Made by a program: the position numbers and the translations under genes. A stretch of 64,000 nucleotides of DNA, from the IMG/VR virus record IMGVR_UViG_3300042867_001113; one strand, 5' to 3'. Below the pieces are notes generated by a model. It searched no databases. It was not told the origin of the DNA and worked only from the letters and a program-made list of their open reading frames with translations. The DNA comes from a virus. Every line of letters begins with the position of its first letter. The first letter of the stretch is position 1. This document shows, in pieces, positions 18,784 through 29,547 of the stretch.

Positions 18784-19317
18784 TCAGCGCCGCGTTTTCT
18801 TTGCGGGGATCACTCCAGAAGGGACGCTGCTTTCGAGCAGGCTCTCCAGCTCGCCTGATGGCTTGACCACGAGCGCCCACGTCACTTTGTAGAGGGCCTT
18901 TGCTTCAGCCTCGGTCAGCTGCCCATTCTCGACGAGGAGCGCGACTTTGCTGGGGTTCGCGACGTGGACGTGGACCTTGTCGAACGCCTTGGTGATGTCG
19001 AGGTTCTTCGATTCAAGAAGCGCCATCAGCGCTTTCTCGTCGGGGGCTGACGCGACCCGCTTCTCTTTGATCACCGTGTGATTATTGACGGTGAGCCGGA
19101 AGCCCCCCTTCTCAGTCACGTCGCCTTTGTCGGCTTCAACAAGAAGGTTCTCGCGGATGACTTCGCGTCGACCCTTCGAGACCTCTTCGATGAAGTGGAC
19201 GGCAGCGTAGGCTTCGACTTGCTCTGCGAGCGAGAGTGCAGCCGTAGGTGTCTCGAACTCACCGCGATGCGTGAGAACGTGGACGATGGCGGCGATGCTG
19301 GGGATCTTCTCGGTCAT
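18784..19317 (-). CDS. hypothetical protein
   Basis: ATG after GGAGG, with leader hairpin and GTTAC upstream. Confidence 0.65.
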   Translation of the reverse strand: MTEKIPSIAAIVHVLTHRGEFETPTAALSLAEQVEAYAAVHFIEEVSKGRREVIRENLLVEADKGDVTEKGGFRLTVNNHTVIKEKRVASAPDEKALMALLESKNLDITKAFDKVHVHVANPSKVALLVENGQLTEAEAKALYKVTWALVVKPSGELESLLESSVPSGVIPAKKTRR

Positions 19318-19524
19318 GTTGCCTCCGTGCGGGAACCATCCCGCGTGCTGGAGGAGTAACACCGATTTCCACGGCTTCACCGTGCGGTTTTTGACGACGT
19401 CAACCCAGAGAAGAGGGGTTGAACGCTCACTCCGGCAGCCGCGTGGTCAGGGCTGGCTTCGGCCACCGTGTAGTTTTCTGCTCATCAGTATGGTGAGGGT
19501 TGAGATGCCCTCACCATGCCTTCA

Positions 19525-19959
19525 TCAAACGCCTGAAAAACCGCGCGCTCGGGGGGCAAACAGCGGGCAGTCCGCAGCGCCCGATGACGAGAAGTAGCAG
19601 GGACGCCCGTGCTGATGAGACGACGTGCAGACCATCGGAGGTCCACCGTCTTGGCGAACCATGTGCGCGAAGTGCTGGCAGACATGGTTGGTGGGTTGGC
19701 GCACCCCGATCTCGACGAGCTTGAGCGGCGGGGGAGGAGATGGAGGCGGAACGGGTCGGTCCGACAGGTCGCGCTTGCGGTCGCTCACGTCCAGTTGACG
19801 GAACGCTTCGTCCATCACAGCGGGAGCAGCACGGAGGTCGCCTCGAAGGCGCTTGCGAGCCCATTCTGCCAACGAGATTCCTTCGGCCTTGGCTGCCAGA
19901 GAGAACTCATCGAACTCAACCTGAGAGACCGGAACCGTGATTGCTTTTTTCTTTGTCAT
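19525..19959 (-). CDS. ribbon-helix-helix-like protein with C-terminal Cys/His cluster
   Basis: AITVPVSQVEFDEFSLAAKAEGISLAEWARKRL. Confidence 0.55.
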   Translation of the reverse strand: MTKKKAITVPVSQVEFDEFSLAAKAEGISLAEWARKRLRGDLRAAPAVMDEAFRQLDVSDRKRDLSDRPVPPPSPPPPLKLVEIGVRQPTNHVCQHFAHMVRQDGGPPMVCTSSHQHGRPCYFSSSGAADCPLFAPRARGFSGV

Positions 19960-20177
19960 CCATCGTCCTTCGGAGAGCCATCGCCAAGCGGCGGCAAGCC
20001 AACCTTGGCGCGGAGGTGATTCTTGAGCACTTCGCACGAGTCGTAGTTGCTGCACTCTCCGCACCCCGACACCCCGCGCCGGTACTGGCACTCAAGGATG
20101 TGTTGATCTTCAGCCTCCGTATCCGGAGACTTCTTTTCCCGAAACTCGACCGTCGAGAGGATCTCACGGAACGTCAT
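19956..20177 (-). CDS. small Cys-rich protein
   Basis: C...CGEC....C; GGAGG SD. Confidence 0.55.
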   Translation of the reverse strand: MTFREILSTVEFREKKSPDTEAEDQHILECQYRRGVSGCGECSNYDSCEVLKNHLRAKVGLPPLGDGSPKDDG

Positions 20178-20213
20178 GTCTCCCCTCCCGTAACAGGGTT
20201 GCGGAAAACTTGC

Positions 20214-21041
20214 TCAGAAGGGCACCGACCCCCGCCAACCGGGCAAAACCAAGTAGAGGTGCTTCTCAAGGTCTTGAAGACGTTCTTGGACCATCTTCTG
20301 CTGCTCCAGCTGTGTCCGACTCAGGCGCTTCCCGTGCAGATCCCACTCCTCGAACAGCTCATAGGTCCGAGGCCAGTGCTGCTTCACGATCTCGGCGACA
20401 GCGTTGGCATAGACCCGGATCTCCTGCTGGGCGTTCGGCGCCATCCGCAGGCTGAGGAAGTGCAACCAGTTTCGCAGGTTCCCCTTCACGCGCATCTGTG
20501 TGTAGCGCGAGACCGGCGTGTTCACGCGTGCGACTTCGCGCACAAGTCCGAGTTCAAGTGAGTTCTCGTATCGATCGTATATCTCCTCTTGCTCGTTGCG
20601 GAATCCGCTCTGCAGCGCCCCGGCGATGTGGGGGTCGAGGGGTTCCAGCGCGGAGCCCTGCTTGTTCGTGTCCGACTGCCTGACCATGCGCTCCAGCGGG
20701 GGCACGTAGTGGAGGTTCGGCATCTGGGTGTAGCGCGCGGACAGCTCGTTGTAGGAGAGGGTCCGGTGCCTCATCCACTCACGCGCCACGAAGATCGGCA
20801 GCCGCACCTCGATGAGCAGATCGCACATCTCGAACGGGGTGTGGTGCCCTTCGCGATAGAGGTAGGTCAAGAGGCCGAGGTCGCCCTTGGGGTGGTCCGG
20901 GTAGGGCTCCCACGAGACGAAGCCCCCGCTCGTCGACATACGAGCGGCCTCGATGATGGACTCTTCGGCTCCCATCCAGTCAATCAGTTGAACGTAGCCA
21001 GCATCGAGGACAGCAGTCCGGTCATTTATCTGCAAAGGCAC
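20214..21041 (-). CDS. thyX: flavin-dependent thymidylate synthase
   Basis: H.TPFE, REWMRHRTLSYNELSARY, NLRNWLHFLSLR, AQQEIR. Confidence 0.95.
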   Translation of the reverse strand: MPLQINDRTAVLDAGYVQLIDWMGAEESIIEAARMSTSGGFVSWEPYPDHPKGDLGLLTYLYREGHHTPFEMCDLLIEVRLPIFVAREWMRHRTLSYNELSARYTQMPNLHYVPPLERMVRQSDTNKQGSALEPLDPHIAGALQSGFRNEQEEIYDRYENSLELGLVREVARVNTPVSRYTQMRVKGNLRNWLHFLSLRMAPNAQQEIRVYANAVAEIVKQHWPRTYELFEEWDLHGKRLSRTQLEQQKMVQERLQDLEKHLYLVLPGWRGSVPF

Positions 21042-21102
21042 CTCTCAAGGCACCTGAGCATGACCTCTCTTGAGGAGCAAGGCTCTTCAAGAGAGCCCCG
21101 TC

Positions 21103-21360
21103 TCACCGAGGTGCTGCCTTTGACGCTGTCACGGTCCCCGAGATCAGAGGCTTTCCCCTCGCCGCTGCAGCGAGCGACGCGGCTTTGTCGAGGTTGACTG
21201 CCAGCGTGTTGAGGACGGCCCCCGTCGCTGCAAGCTTCGGAGAGATTTCGCGTCCCTCAAGCTGCCGGTGTCGGATGGTGGTGTTGAAGAGACTTGCCGC
21301 CATCGACAGCAGCGGGACCAAAGCTCCTGCAAGAGCGAGAACGTGTTCCAGACTTTGCAT
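21103..21360 (-). CDS. small membrane protein (holin-like)
   Basis: N-terminal hydrophobic helix; GGAGG SD. Confidence 0.4.
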   Translation of the reverse strand: MQSLEHVLALAGALVPLLSMAASLFNTTIRHRQLEGREISPKLAATGAVLNTLAVNLDKAASLAAAARGKPLISGTVTASKAAPR

Positions 21361-21408
21361 GATAGACCTCCCCCGCGATGCTGTCATGGTGGGGGGAGGT
21401 TGACCATT

Positions 21409-21714
21409 TCAGATAGTGCTGGAGGTCTTCCCGCGCTCTGCGAGCGTGATGGCGATGAAGTTGCGCTGCAGCTTGATGCCCTTCAGGGTGTCCGTGTACG
21501 GACCCTTTGCTTGGGCGAGACGCTCCTTCAGGTCGATCACAACCTTATCTTCCTCCAGAGCCTCCTCGGTGTCCGTCTCGTGGGAAGCAAGCCGCGTGAG
21601 GCGGTCTTCCAGCTCTTGCACAGAGCTGCTCAAGATAGCGTCGACGACGACGTCGGTTACCTTCTTGCGAAGCTTCTTCTCGATCTTGACCTTGCGGGTG
21701 TCGGTGCTTGTCAT
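21409..21714 (-). CDS. coiled-coil hypothetical protein
   Basis: AGGAG SD; GTTAC upstream. Confidence 0.65.
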   Translation of the reverse strand: MTSTDTRKVKIEKKLRKKVTDVVVDAILSSSVQELEDRLTRLASHETDTEEALEEDKVVIDLKERLAQAKGPYTDTLKGIKLQRNFIAITLAERGKTSSTI

Positions 21715-21782
21715 GCGATCTCCTGTTGAGGCGGATGTAACACGACTTCTGAAGCTTCAACGCCACTTCGATTGAACTGCTC

Positions 21783-21813
21783 AAAAGAAAGAAGGCCCCA
21801 TGAGGGGCCTTCT
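21783..21813 (-). terminator. intrinsic terminator after tail-like gene
   Basis: AGAAGGCCCC-TCAT-GGGGCCTTCT followed by TTCTTTT on the minus strand. Confidence 0.75.
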
Positions 21814-21833
21814 TCGAGCAGGACTTCAGAGCC

Positions 21834-24086
21834 TCAGAGCGTGATGGGCTCGCCAACCTGCACGAGAACCTTCGGGCTCCCGCTACCATCCACGAGGATG
21901 CCGACCCGCTGAACGACGTCGCCGGAGGCGGTCGGAGCGGTGAGCGTGATCTGGCCTGCCGAGACCGACATGAACACGCGCTTGCCGACATCGGTAACAG
22001 CAGGAGCAGGAACGTCGAAGCGGCCTACGGCCACAGCAGCCACGCCTGCGATGCGGACGGTCACCGCATCACCGTTGGCAGCCGCAGCAGCCAAGGTGAA
22101 TCCGACTGGTCCTTGACGAGACGTGACGTTGGAGTCGACCTTCTGGACCCGAGGGGTGCCGACATCATCTACCCAGCCGACGAGGTCGTTGATCGCCAAC
22201 GGCTCGAAAGCTGTGGTGGCGATGTCGACGAAGGACGCGCTCGCGGGCGCGGACCACGTCATCGCTCCCGCGCCGCTGTTCGTCAGCACCTGACCAGCAC
22301 TGCCTAGAGCAGTCGGCCACGTCAGCGAGTGGGTGTTGATGTTGATCGTCCACGCCGGGGCCGTCAGCAGCGCAGCGCTGAACGCCGTGAGAGAGACATT
22401 GGTTGCCGCACTCACGATGAAGCTGCCACCCTCCGAGATGGTGGTGGTGAGGTCGCCATCCACGTCGATTGTCGAGTTGGCACCTGAGTTGATGTCGAAG
22501 CCGAGGGTCGGGGTAGCCGTCAACACGCCAGACGTCAGGATGTCGATGCCAGCAGATCCTGCATCGATGTCGATGCCGCCCGCTGCGTTGCTCGCCACGA
22601 TCCGCACCGCGTCGACCGCTGCCTCACCGCCGTCAAGGATGAGTGACGCTGCCTGCGCGTCGAGCGTCAAGTCACCCGCTGTGGTTGCCAGCGTGGAGGC
22701 TGCGCCGCCCGTCAGGGACACCGTGCCCACAGTCACCGTGAGGCTGCCGACCAAGGCGAGCGTGTCCGTGCCGGAGTTGTAGGTCAGCTGGGTGTCACCA
22801 GCGATGGCGCTGCTGGTCGACCAGAACGCGACTTGGTTCGCGGTGCCTGAGCCCGTGACCATCGCAGGAGCGTTCTCGTAAGACCAAGCTGCGACGACAT
22901 CGCTGTCGGTGCTTCCGAAGGCAACGATCGAGAGGTAGCCAACGTCACCTGCCGCAAGTGAAGAAGGACCAGTGGCCTCAGATCCCAACCACGTCCAACC
23001 CGCAGGCCAAGTGAGCGTGCGAGTCGTTCCGTCACACTGGACTCGAACCGAAGCACCTCGACCGTTCCCTAGACCGGTCGGTGAGGTCGAGAAGGTTGCG
23101 TTGCCGTTGAGAGTGACCGAGTTGTAGATGGGCTTGATCGGGTCGGTGTCGATGGTGATTGCACCGCCCGCCGCCAGCGTGTTGAACCGATCGAGCGTCA
23201 GGTTGTAGCTCTGGCCCAAGTCGTCTTGGAAGTATGGCCGAGCGTTCGCTGCCGAGTTCGCCCACAGTTTGCCAAAGGCGGGGGTCGACGGCGAAGGCGC
23301 CGAGCCTTCACCGATGGAGATGACGCCTGAGACCGTCAGCTTCTCGTTCGGGGAGTTGCCGCCAACGTGCAGCTGGTTCGTGCCGTCATCGAAGAACAGC
23401 TGCGCGGCCACACCACCGAAGACGCCGCCGTTGTTGTACTGCACTGCGCCATCGGTGCCGCCCGGTAGAACCACAGCCGCGTCGACGTAAGCCTTCGTGG
23501 CTCCGTCTTGGGGGAGTGTCGGGTCGGCGAGGTTCCGCAGGCGCGAGTTCTCCGTCCGGATGTCGTAGACGCTGGTGTTGTCGATACCGGGCAGTGTCCA
23601 TGGCGTCGCAGTCGTCAGCACCGTGGGGGTGTTCGACGCGATGACGCGTGACTGGCCGACGCCGGTACCCGCCGTGATCTGTACGACGTTGCCAGCGAAG
23701 GCGTTGACGCCGAAAGACGCACCGGAGTCGGTGAGAGTGCTCGCGCCACCTGACGTTGCAGTTCCCGTAGCCGCCGACACACCGTCCATCACGATGTCGG
23801 AGACGATGGTCGAAACGAGCGTGACGGTGTCGGGGCCATCAACACCAACGACACCGAAGGTCACGTCGCCTTGAAAGGTCGCATTCGTCTGGAAGGTCGT
23901 GCCGGGGACCGTCGAGATGCCGCCGTCCAAAGCCACCGGACCGGGGAACGAGGTCGTGATACCGATGCCGCCGACGGTGAGGGTTGACCCCGCCGGAACG
24001 ATCCCCGCACCGACTTGGAGGGTGTCAGTCGAGATAATTCGGCGCTGTGTTCCGCCATCGATAATGAGAGCAGTCTGATTTGGCAT
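21834..24086 (-). CDS. tail fibre / virion structural protein
   Basis: 750 aa, Gly/Thr/Ala-rich; LADPT.PQD.ATKAYVD, PGGTDGAVQYNNGG and RTLTWP motifs typical of fibres. Confidence 0.7.
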   Translation of the reverse strand: MPNQTALIIDGGTQRRIISTDTLQVGAGIVPAGSTLTVGGIGITTSFPGPVALDGGISTVPGTTFQTNATFQGDVTFGVVGVDGPDTVTLVSTIVSDIVMDGVSAATGTATSGGASTLTDSGASFGVNAFAGNVVQITAGTGVGQSRVIASNTPTVLTTATPWTLPGIDNTSVYDIRTENSRLRNLADPTLPQDGATKAYVDAAVVLPGGTDGAVQYNNGGVFGGVAAQLFFDDGTNQLHVGGNSPNEKLTVSGVISIGEGSAPSPSTPAFGKLWANSAANARPYFQDDLGQSYNLTLDRFNTLAAGGAITIDTDPIKPIYNSVTLNGNATFSTSPTGLGNGRGASVRVQCDGTTRTLTWPAGWTWLGSEATGPSSLAAGDVGYLSIVAFGSTDSDVVAAWSYENAPAMVTGSGTANQVAFWSTSSAIAGDTQLTYNSGTDTLALVGSLTVTVGTVSLTGGAASTLATTAGDLTLDAQAASLILDGGEAAVDAVRIVASNAAGGIDIDAGSAGIDILTSGVLTATPTLGFDINSGANSTIDVDGDLTTTISEGGSFIVSAATNVSLTAFSAALLTAPAWTININTHSLTWPTALGSAGQVLTNSGAGAMTWSAPASASFVDIATTAFEPLAINDLVGWVDDVGTPRVQKVDSNVTSRQGPVGFTLAAAAANGDAVTVRIAGVAAVAVGRFDVPAPAVTDVGKRVFMSVSAGQITLTAPTASGDVVQRVGILVDGSGSPKVLVQVGEPITL

Positions 24087-24123
24087 GTGAAGAGCCTACT
24101 TTCAGTTGGAGGATGGACTGTAG

Positions 24124-24396
24124 ATGAAGCGGACGGTGCTAGACGCGCTCGAAGCGAGGGTCTGCGTCGAGGAGCAGAAGAGACAGCCCATCGACAAAGT
24201 CGAAAGGAACCTGTTCACCGATCGGGAACCCCGTAGGGCTCTCCAAGATGGTCGGAATCCCGTCCATCTTCGGGATGCAGAACTTCTTCGTCGGGCCGTA
24301 GCTCTCGACAAGACTGGGACGAGGAGGTTCACCGAGGTACTTGAAAAAAGCCACGCAGACTCCAAGTGTGAAGACACAGGCATCGTAGAGCAGTAG
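24124..24396 (+). CDS. hypothetical protein
   Basis: Divergent ORF with upstream GGA; no recognised motif. Confidence 0.4.
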   Translation: MKRTVLDALEARVCVEEQKRQPIDKVERNLFTDREPRRALQDGRNPVHLRDAELLRRAVALDKTGTRRFTEVLEKSHADSKCEDTGIVEQ

Positions 24397-24436
24397 AAAG
24401 AAAACACACACACCCTTGCGCGGTTGACAAAGACGA

Positions 24437-24682
24437 GTGCGGCGAGATGTGAAAGGCAAAGTGACCTACCTGAAGGCCGTCTGTTCAACTTGTCTTGGTG
24501 TGGACTTCCTTCACCCGCCTCCGCATGAGGATCGCGACTCAGTCGTATGCCCTGACTGCACGCGAGTCATTCCCTTGAAGCAGTCTGTCCGGGTGGAGCG
24601 CCACTCCGCGACGCGAGGCATGTCTCCCCCAGAGTTGATCCCAACGCCCCGTCACAAGCGGGATGGAGTTTTCCGTGGCTAA
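24437..24682 (+). CDS. small zinc-ribbon protein
   Basis: CSTC...CPDC; start uncertain. Confidence 0.5.
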   Translation: MRRDVKGKVTYLKAVCSTCLGVDFLHPPPHEDRDSVVCPDCTRVIPLKQSVRVERHSATRGMSPPELIPTPRHKRDGVFRG

Positions 24683-25100
24683 GAAACCCGCCCCCGCCCC
24701 CGTCCCTGCACCTGCACCTGCAGCCTCCCCGCCGACCGGGCACACCCTGTTCGAGTACGTCGCCAAGGTGGTGCGAGTTCTTGATGGCGACACGGTCGAG
24801 GTCGACATCCAGAAGGACGTGGGTTTCGGTATCCATCTGGAGATCCGAAAGCAGGTGCGGATGCTCGGCATCAACGCGCCGGAATCTTCTGGGGCGACTG
24901 CGAAGGATGGTCTGGCCAGCAAGGCTCTGCTCTCGACGCTCCTCGCCCCCGGAACGGCCATCCTGATGAAGACGGCGAAGCCAGACCCCAAGGACAAGTA
25001 CGGTCGGTTCCTCGCCACCCTCTGGCTCGACGGTCTGAACCTCAACGAGCACATGATCGTGGCCGGTGCCGCTGTCGCCTACGACGGTGGAAAACGCTGA
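24663..25100 (+). CDS. thermonuclease (SNase family)
   Basis: VVRVLDGDTV, VRMLGINAPE, DKYGRFLA, YDGGKR; true start may be GTG at 24675. Confidence 0.92.
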   Translation: MEFSVAKKPAPAPVPAPAPAASPPTGHTLFEYVAKVVRVLDGDTVEVDIQKDVGFGIHLEIRKQVRMLGINAPESSGATAKDGLASKALLSTLLAPGTAILMKTAKPDPKDKYGRFLATLWLDGLNLNEHMIVAGAAVAYDGGKR

Positions 25101-25122
25101 CACCTGTGTTACCGGAGTCGTT

Positions 25123-25497
25123 GTGATCAGCCCCGACGAGTTCAAAAAAGTAGAACTAGAAAAAAGTCGTCTTCGAGCTGAGGTTGTTCGATTGAACAAC
25201 ATTGTGTCTTCCATGACATCTGACATGCAGTCTATGAAGGATCGCTCCGCAGAGTGGGAGAAGTTCTTCTACGAGCACAAAGCCTCTCGGGACGAAGGCT
25301 ACGAGGCTGCCCGCGCTCGGTACTGGCCCAAAGTTGAGGCTGCCAGAGCCGACGTAGACCTGTTGAGAACCGCTCTCCGTAAGCTCCTCGACGCGGCGCG
25401 TGAAGTGCCTCCGACCGCTGCGCTGGGGTCGATGATCGTGAACGGGGACTTCGTCCTTGAGCGCATCGATCAAAAGACTTCGATCCCCAAGACCTGA
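25123..25497 (+). CDS. coiled-coil hypothetical protein
   Basis: GTG located 10 nt after GTTAC. Confidence 0.5.
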   Translation: MISPDEFKKVELEKSRLRAEVVRLNNIVSSMTSDMQSMKDRSAEWEKFFYEHKASRDEGYEAARARYWPKVEAARADVDLLRTALRKLLDAAREVPPTAALGSMIVNGDFVLERIDQKTSIPKT

Positions 25498-25511
25498 TCG
25501 ACAAGGACCAT

Positions 25512-25835
25512 ATGGACTTCTCAACGTACCAACGAGCTGCCAGCCGGACCTCTTCTGGGCCCGGAGAGAAGCTGTCAATCGCACTCAGCGCAATGGGGCT
25601 GGCCGGAGAGGCTGGTGAAGTTGTCGACCTCCTGAAGAAAGAGATCGGCCACGGCCATGACGCTGACCCAGTGAAGCTCTCCGAGGAGCTGGGCGATCTG
25701 CTCTGGTATCTGTCCGACCTCGCCACGCTGCACAATCTGTCGCTGGACGACATCGCGCAGGCGAACGTACTGAAGCTCTTGAAGCGGTACCCCACTGGCT
25801 TTTCTTCAGAAGCCAGTCGGAACCGCTCGGAATGA
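25512..25835 (+). CDS. MazG-like NTP pyrophosphohydrolase
   Basis: YQ..A..T, GLAGEAGEV...KK, EELGDLLWY, N..KL..RYP. Confidence 0.9.
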   Translation: MDFSTYQRAASRTSSGPGEKLSIALSAMGLAGEAGEVVDLLKKEIGHGHDADPVKLSEELGDLLWYLSDLATLHNLSLDDIAQANVLKLLKRYPTGFSSEASRNRSE

Positions 25836-26714
25836 CTGACACACAGTCCGCTCTGGAAGAGCTTCACGGTCGGGCAAAGTTGCTGCTCAAGCAGTCCAAG
25901 AAGGACCAGCTTTTCCGGCTCAAGCAAGCCGAGGCGAAGAAGCAAGCTGCTGCAGGGAGCTTGTTCATCGAGCTTGCAGAGGCGGTCTCGGACCTCGAAG
26001 ACCAGAAAGACCATCTCACGACCGCAGCCTCCTGCTTCGCTCGGGCGAAGCGGCTGTGCCGGGACGTGATCCGCCAGAAACCGGAGCCCACATGTCCAAC
26101 CGAGTGACCTCGTTCGTCGTGACCCTCAAACATGACCTGAAGGAAGAGGACGCTCGCAAGTTTGCCGAGGCGATCTCCCTCTTCGACGGGGTGCTGAGCG
26201 TCGAGCCAGTGGAGGCCGACTTCTTCACCGAGCAAGCGACAATCGCCCGCGTGCGTGGGCGGGTCTACGAGGCGCTGGCCGAGGCTTTCGACCCGAAGAA
26301 GTCCCAGAAGAACGGCTGATTGGCCTGTTACACCCCGAAGAACCCGACGAATCGGGCTCTGAAAGACGGTGCATCATGGGCATTGAAGACGACATCCGCG
26401 AGTTGCGGTCGAAAGTCGAAGAGCTGGCCTTCCTGTTCTTGTCGACGTTGAGCGACCAGCAGATCGCCACAAGCGGAATGAGCACCGAGCGTCTGAAAGA
26501 CGTCATCTCGGATCGTGCGGGGACCAGCTCTTTCCGGCTGGATCCTCAGTGGTCCGAGCACGGCACCTTCTTGGTGGCATCCGGCGTTCGCGGCTGGGGT
26601 AAGGGCCAATCCACCGATGTGCGCCCCGTGCCTCAGTCGGTGGTCGACTACTGCGCGAAGCTGGAAGCCTTCGGATTGAAGATCAAGATCGAGAACCCGG
26701 AGCCTCCAAAGTGA
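25832..26714 (+). other. three small hypothetical CDSs (25832-26107, 26092-26319, 26376-26714)
   Basis: Closely packed co-oriented ORFs. Confidence 0.55.
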
Positions 26715-27406
26715 CCAGACCTTCGTGGGACCAATACTTCATGAGCATCGCGCACACCGTCGCAACGCGCTCACCGTGTGTGAAGCGACAGGTGGGCGCG
26801 GTGCTCGTCTCCGAGGACAAAGCGCTGCTCGCCACGGGCTACAACGGACCGCCTCGTGGTGCGCCTCACAGGGACGACAAGACCTGCGTCCGCATCGGCA
26901 TCCCCAGCGGAACACAAGCCGACGTTGTCTGCTGCGCTCACGCGGAGAGCAACGCCATCGCCCAAGCTGCCCGCCACGGCGTGCCTGTGAAGGGGAGCAC
27001 CCTTTACGTCACCACGAGTCCGTGCGCGTGGTGCGCGAGAGGAATCGTCAACGCTGGCGTGGTCCGTGTGGTGCGCGAGGGCGCGTACAACGACTCCATC
27101 GCCGCAGGGGTGTTCGCTGAGAGCGGTGTTCCTGTTGAGGAGCTTCCTGCTGTGCCGGTGTCGCCTGAGCTTCAAAAGCTCGCCGCCTGCATGAGTCTTC
27201 CAGCGGGTTCGGGGATGGCTGAGATCAGTGTTGAGATTCAGCGCCTGCAGCGCTGCTCCCAAGCGATCGACGCGGTCGTCGAATCACGACCGGAAGCATG
27301 CGGCAGGCACTGCGGAAAGTCTTCATGTGAAGACCCGTGCGTCTTGCCTCGCGGCCACACGGGTTGGTGTACGTGCCGAACCTCAGTGGATCCTTTCGAT
27401 GCTTAG
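26711..27406 (+). CDS. dCMP deaminase with Cys-rich C-terminal extension
   Basis: RPSWDQYFM, ATRS.C..RQVGA, GYNG, HAESNAI, PCAWC. Confidence 0.92.
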   Translation: MTRPSWDQYFMSIAHTVATRSPCVKRQVGAVLVSEDKALLATGYNGPPRGAPHRDDKTCVRIGIPSGTQADVVCCAHAESNAIAQAARHGVPVKGSTLYVTTSPCAWCARGIVNAGVVRVVREGAYNDSIAAGVFAESGVPVEELPAVPVSPELQKLAACMSLPAGSGMAEISVEIQRLQRCSQAIDAVVESRPEACGRHCGKSSCEDPCVLPRGHTGWCTCRTSVDPFDA

Positions 27407-27632
27407 GAAAGCGAAAGTCGACAAGGATACTTGGGAGGACTTCATCGTGGACGTCACCTCGCGGGCGGGGACTTGGCCCTGCTGCGGGTTGTGTGGGAAC
27501 ACGGGGGTGCTCGCCATCAGCGGGAGGCTCACCCCGGCAGGTATCAGCGTTCCTCCTGTCAGAGGTCACTGCATCTGCCCCAACGGTCGCGCGACCAAGT
27601 TCATCGATGACAAGCTCAAGAAGGATCCATGA
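27399..27632 (+). CDS. small zinc-binding protein
   Basis: CGLCGNTG...CICPNG. Confidence 0.55.
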   Translation: MLRKAKVDKDTWEDFIVDVTSRAGTWPCCGLCGNTGVLAISGRLTPAGISVPPVRGHCICPNGRATKFIDDKLKKDP

Positions 27633-28030
27633 CTCTCCTCGTCTACATCGCAGGCCCGTACCGCGCTCCCACGACGTGGGAGATTCAAAAGAACATCCAC
27701 AACGCGCGTCTGTGGGGCGTCATCGTCGCGAAGGCTGGGGCCTACCCGATGATCCCGCACAGCAACACCGCGCACTTCGACGGGGCGGTTGAAGGGGACG
27801 CCTTCTGGCTGAACGGGACGCTGGAGATGATGCGTCGGTGCGACGGGGTCGTCCTCATCGAAGGGTGGGATCGGTCGACCGGCGCCATCGAAGAGCGTCG
27901 GCAGGCGGAGCAGCTGGGAATCCCCTGTCTCGAAGTAGACTGGTGGTCGAACCGAGGAGGATCAGCCATCCATGACGACGTCTCGGACTGGATCAAGACC
28001 CTGAAGCCGAGGTCCACCCATGCCGTCTGA
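27629..28030 (+). CDS. DUF4406/DUF1937-like protein (nucleoside deoxyribosyltransferase-like fold)
   Basis: VYIAGPY...PH.N...CDGV...GW..S.GA..E...A. Confidence 0.8.
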   Translation: MTLLVYIAGPYRAPTTWEIQKNIHNARLWGVIVAKAGAYPMIPHSNTAHFDGAVEGDAFWLNGTLEMMRRCDGVVLIEGWDRSTGAIEERRQAEQLGIPCLEVDWWSNRGGSAIHDDVSDWIKTLKPRSTHAV

Positions 28031-29547
28031 AAAAGAACTTGAAGAGCGGGATATCCTCGAACGGAACATCGACAACATCAAGTTTAGCCTCAGCGAGATC
28101 GATCACCACACAAACGACCTCGACGGCACGGTGTTCACCGTCCAGTCCTCGAAGGGTGCCACGACTCGCGCGGCTTTGATCCAGAGGGAGTCCAACAACA
28201 TCCTCCAAACCTTGGGGAAAATCTGGGGAAACGCCACGTCGAGCAGCAAGCCGGAGACACCGAGCGAGGAAGCCCTCAAGAAAGCCCTCAAGCTCGCGCG
28301 GGAGTGGCTCACCGAGTACGCGCCGACCGAGCATGACCTCCGGTGCCAGCGTCTGAGGGACGCGAACACCCTTGAATGTCGCTGCACAATCGACGCCTAC
28401 CGCGACGACGTGAAGGTCATCGACGCGGCTCTGGGTTGGAAGGGAGAGGAGTCTTGACAACACAAGCCGACCGACTCGCCGCAGCAGGCTTCTACCTCCG
28501 GACACACACTGGCGCGATCCAGAGCTGGATCGACAGCAGCGTCGACGAAGAGGACCGGGTGGACGAGGACATCAAAGCCCTATCGGTCTTGCTGGCCGAG
28601 GTCCGGGCATCCGGGGCGGCGGCGGAGCGAAAACTACACCCGAAGCCCGAAGCTGCGGTCGTCACACTCATCGAGACGATCGACGACCTACACAAGAAAC
28701 TGATCGTAGCGCAGGAAGAGATCACCGCTCTGAAGCTCGTTCCAGTTACTTCCCAGTCATGACCAAGAAGCTCTACATCGTGACGGTTAGCTACGAGTAT
28801 GCCTGTTTGGCAGAAGACGAGTATGAAGCTGCTGACTTCAGGGAAGAGGCCCTCCACGACGAGGGAGACCCGACCACGCACGCGAGGTTGGCAGTCACGG
28901 GCCCGGTTCCCTATCGCCCTCGTGGATGGACCAACGACACGCTCATCTACGGGGCAGACAGCGATCTCCGTCTGGACGACGCCATCGCAGCGGAGAAGAC
29001 CCGGGTTGAACAAGAAAACCGCGATGCGGAATTATCGAAACGCCAACTGTGGTTGTCTGTAGACACCTCCAAAGACGAAGACCTGAAATGATCAACCAGA
29101 AGTACCGCTTCCGAGTTCGTCTTTTTGAGAGGTGCGGGCGCCCTGAGAAGTGCGGTCTGTGCGGCTTGCTCGTCACACCCGACAGTCCGGTCGGGCTTCT
29201 TCCCGTCGCATTGGACGAGGATGACGCTCGTATTGCACGAGCGCAGGTCGCTCATTGGGAGTGCATCGTGAACCCCAAGAACGCAGACCTGCTGGAGAGG
29301 CTGGAGGTTGAAATTGTCCTCGACTGAGATTGAGATATTGAAGAAGCACTTCGACGACTGTCAGAGGGACTTCGACGCTTTGAGTGTTGAGTTGGAACGC
29401 CGCAACGATGCGCTGCGCGCCATCGCCGCTCATCTCAGTCTCGCCGACGACACGCCGATGCAGGTTCTTGTTGATACTGCCCTGAAGATGATCGAGCTGG
29501 GCCTGCAGAAACACTTGGACGACAACTCGCCGCCCGACCGTGGCTGA
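28020..29547 (+). other. five small hypothetical CDSs (28020-28457, 28454-28762, 28759-29091, 29088-29327, 29308-29547)
   Basis: Translationally coupled overlaps (ATGA/TTGA). Confidence 0.55.
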
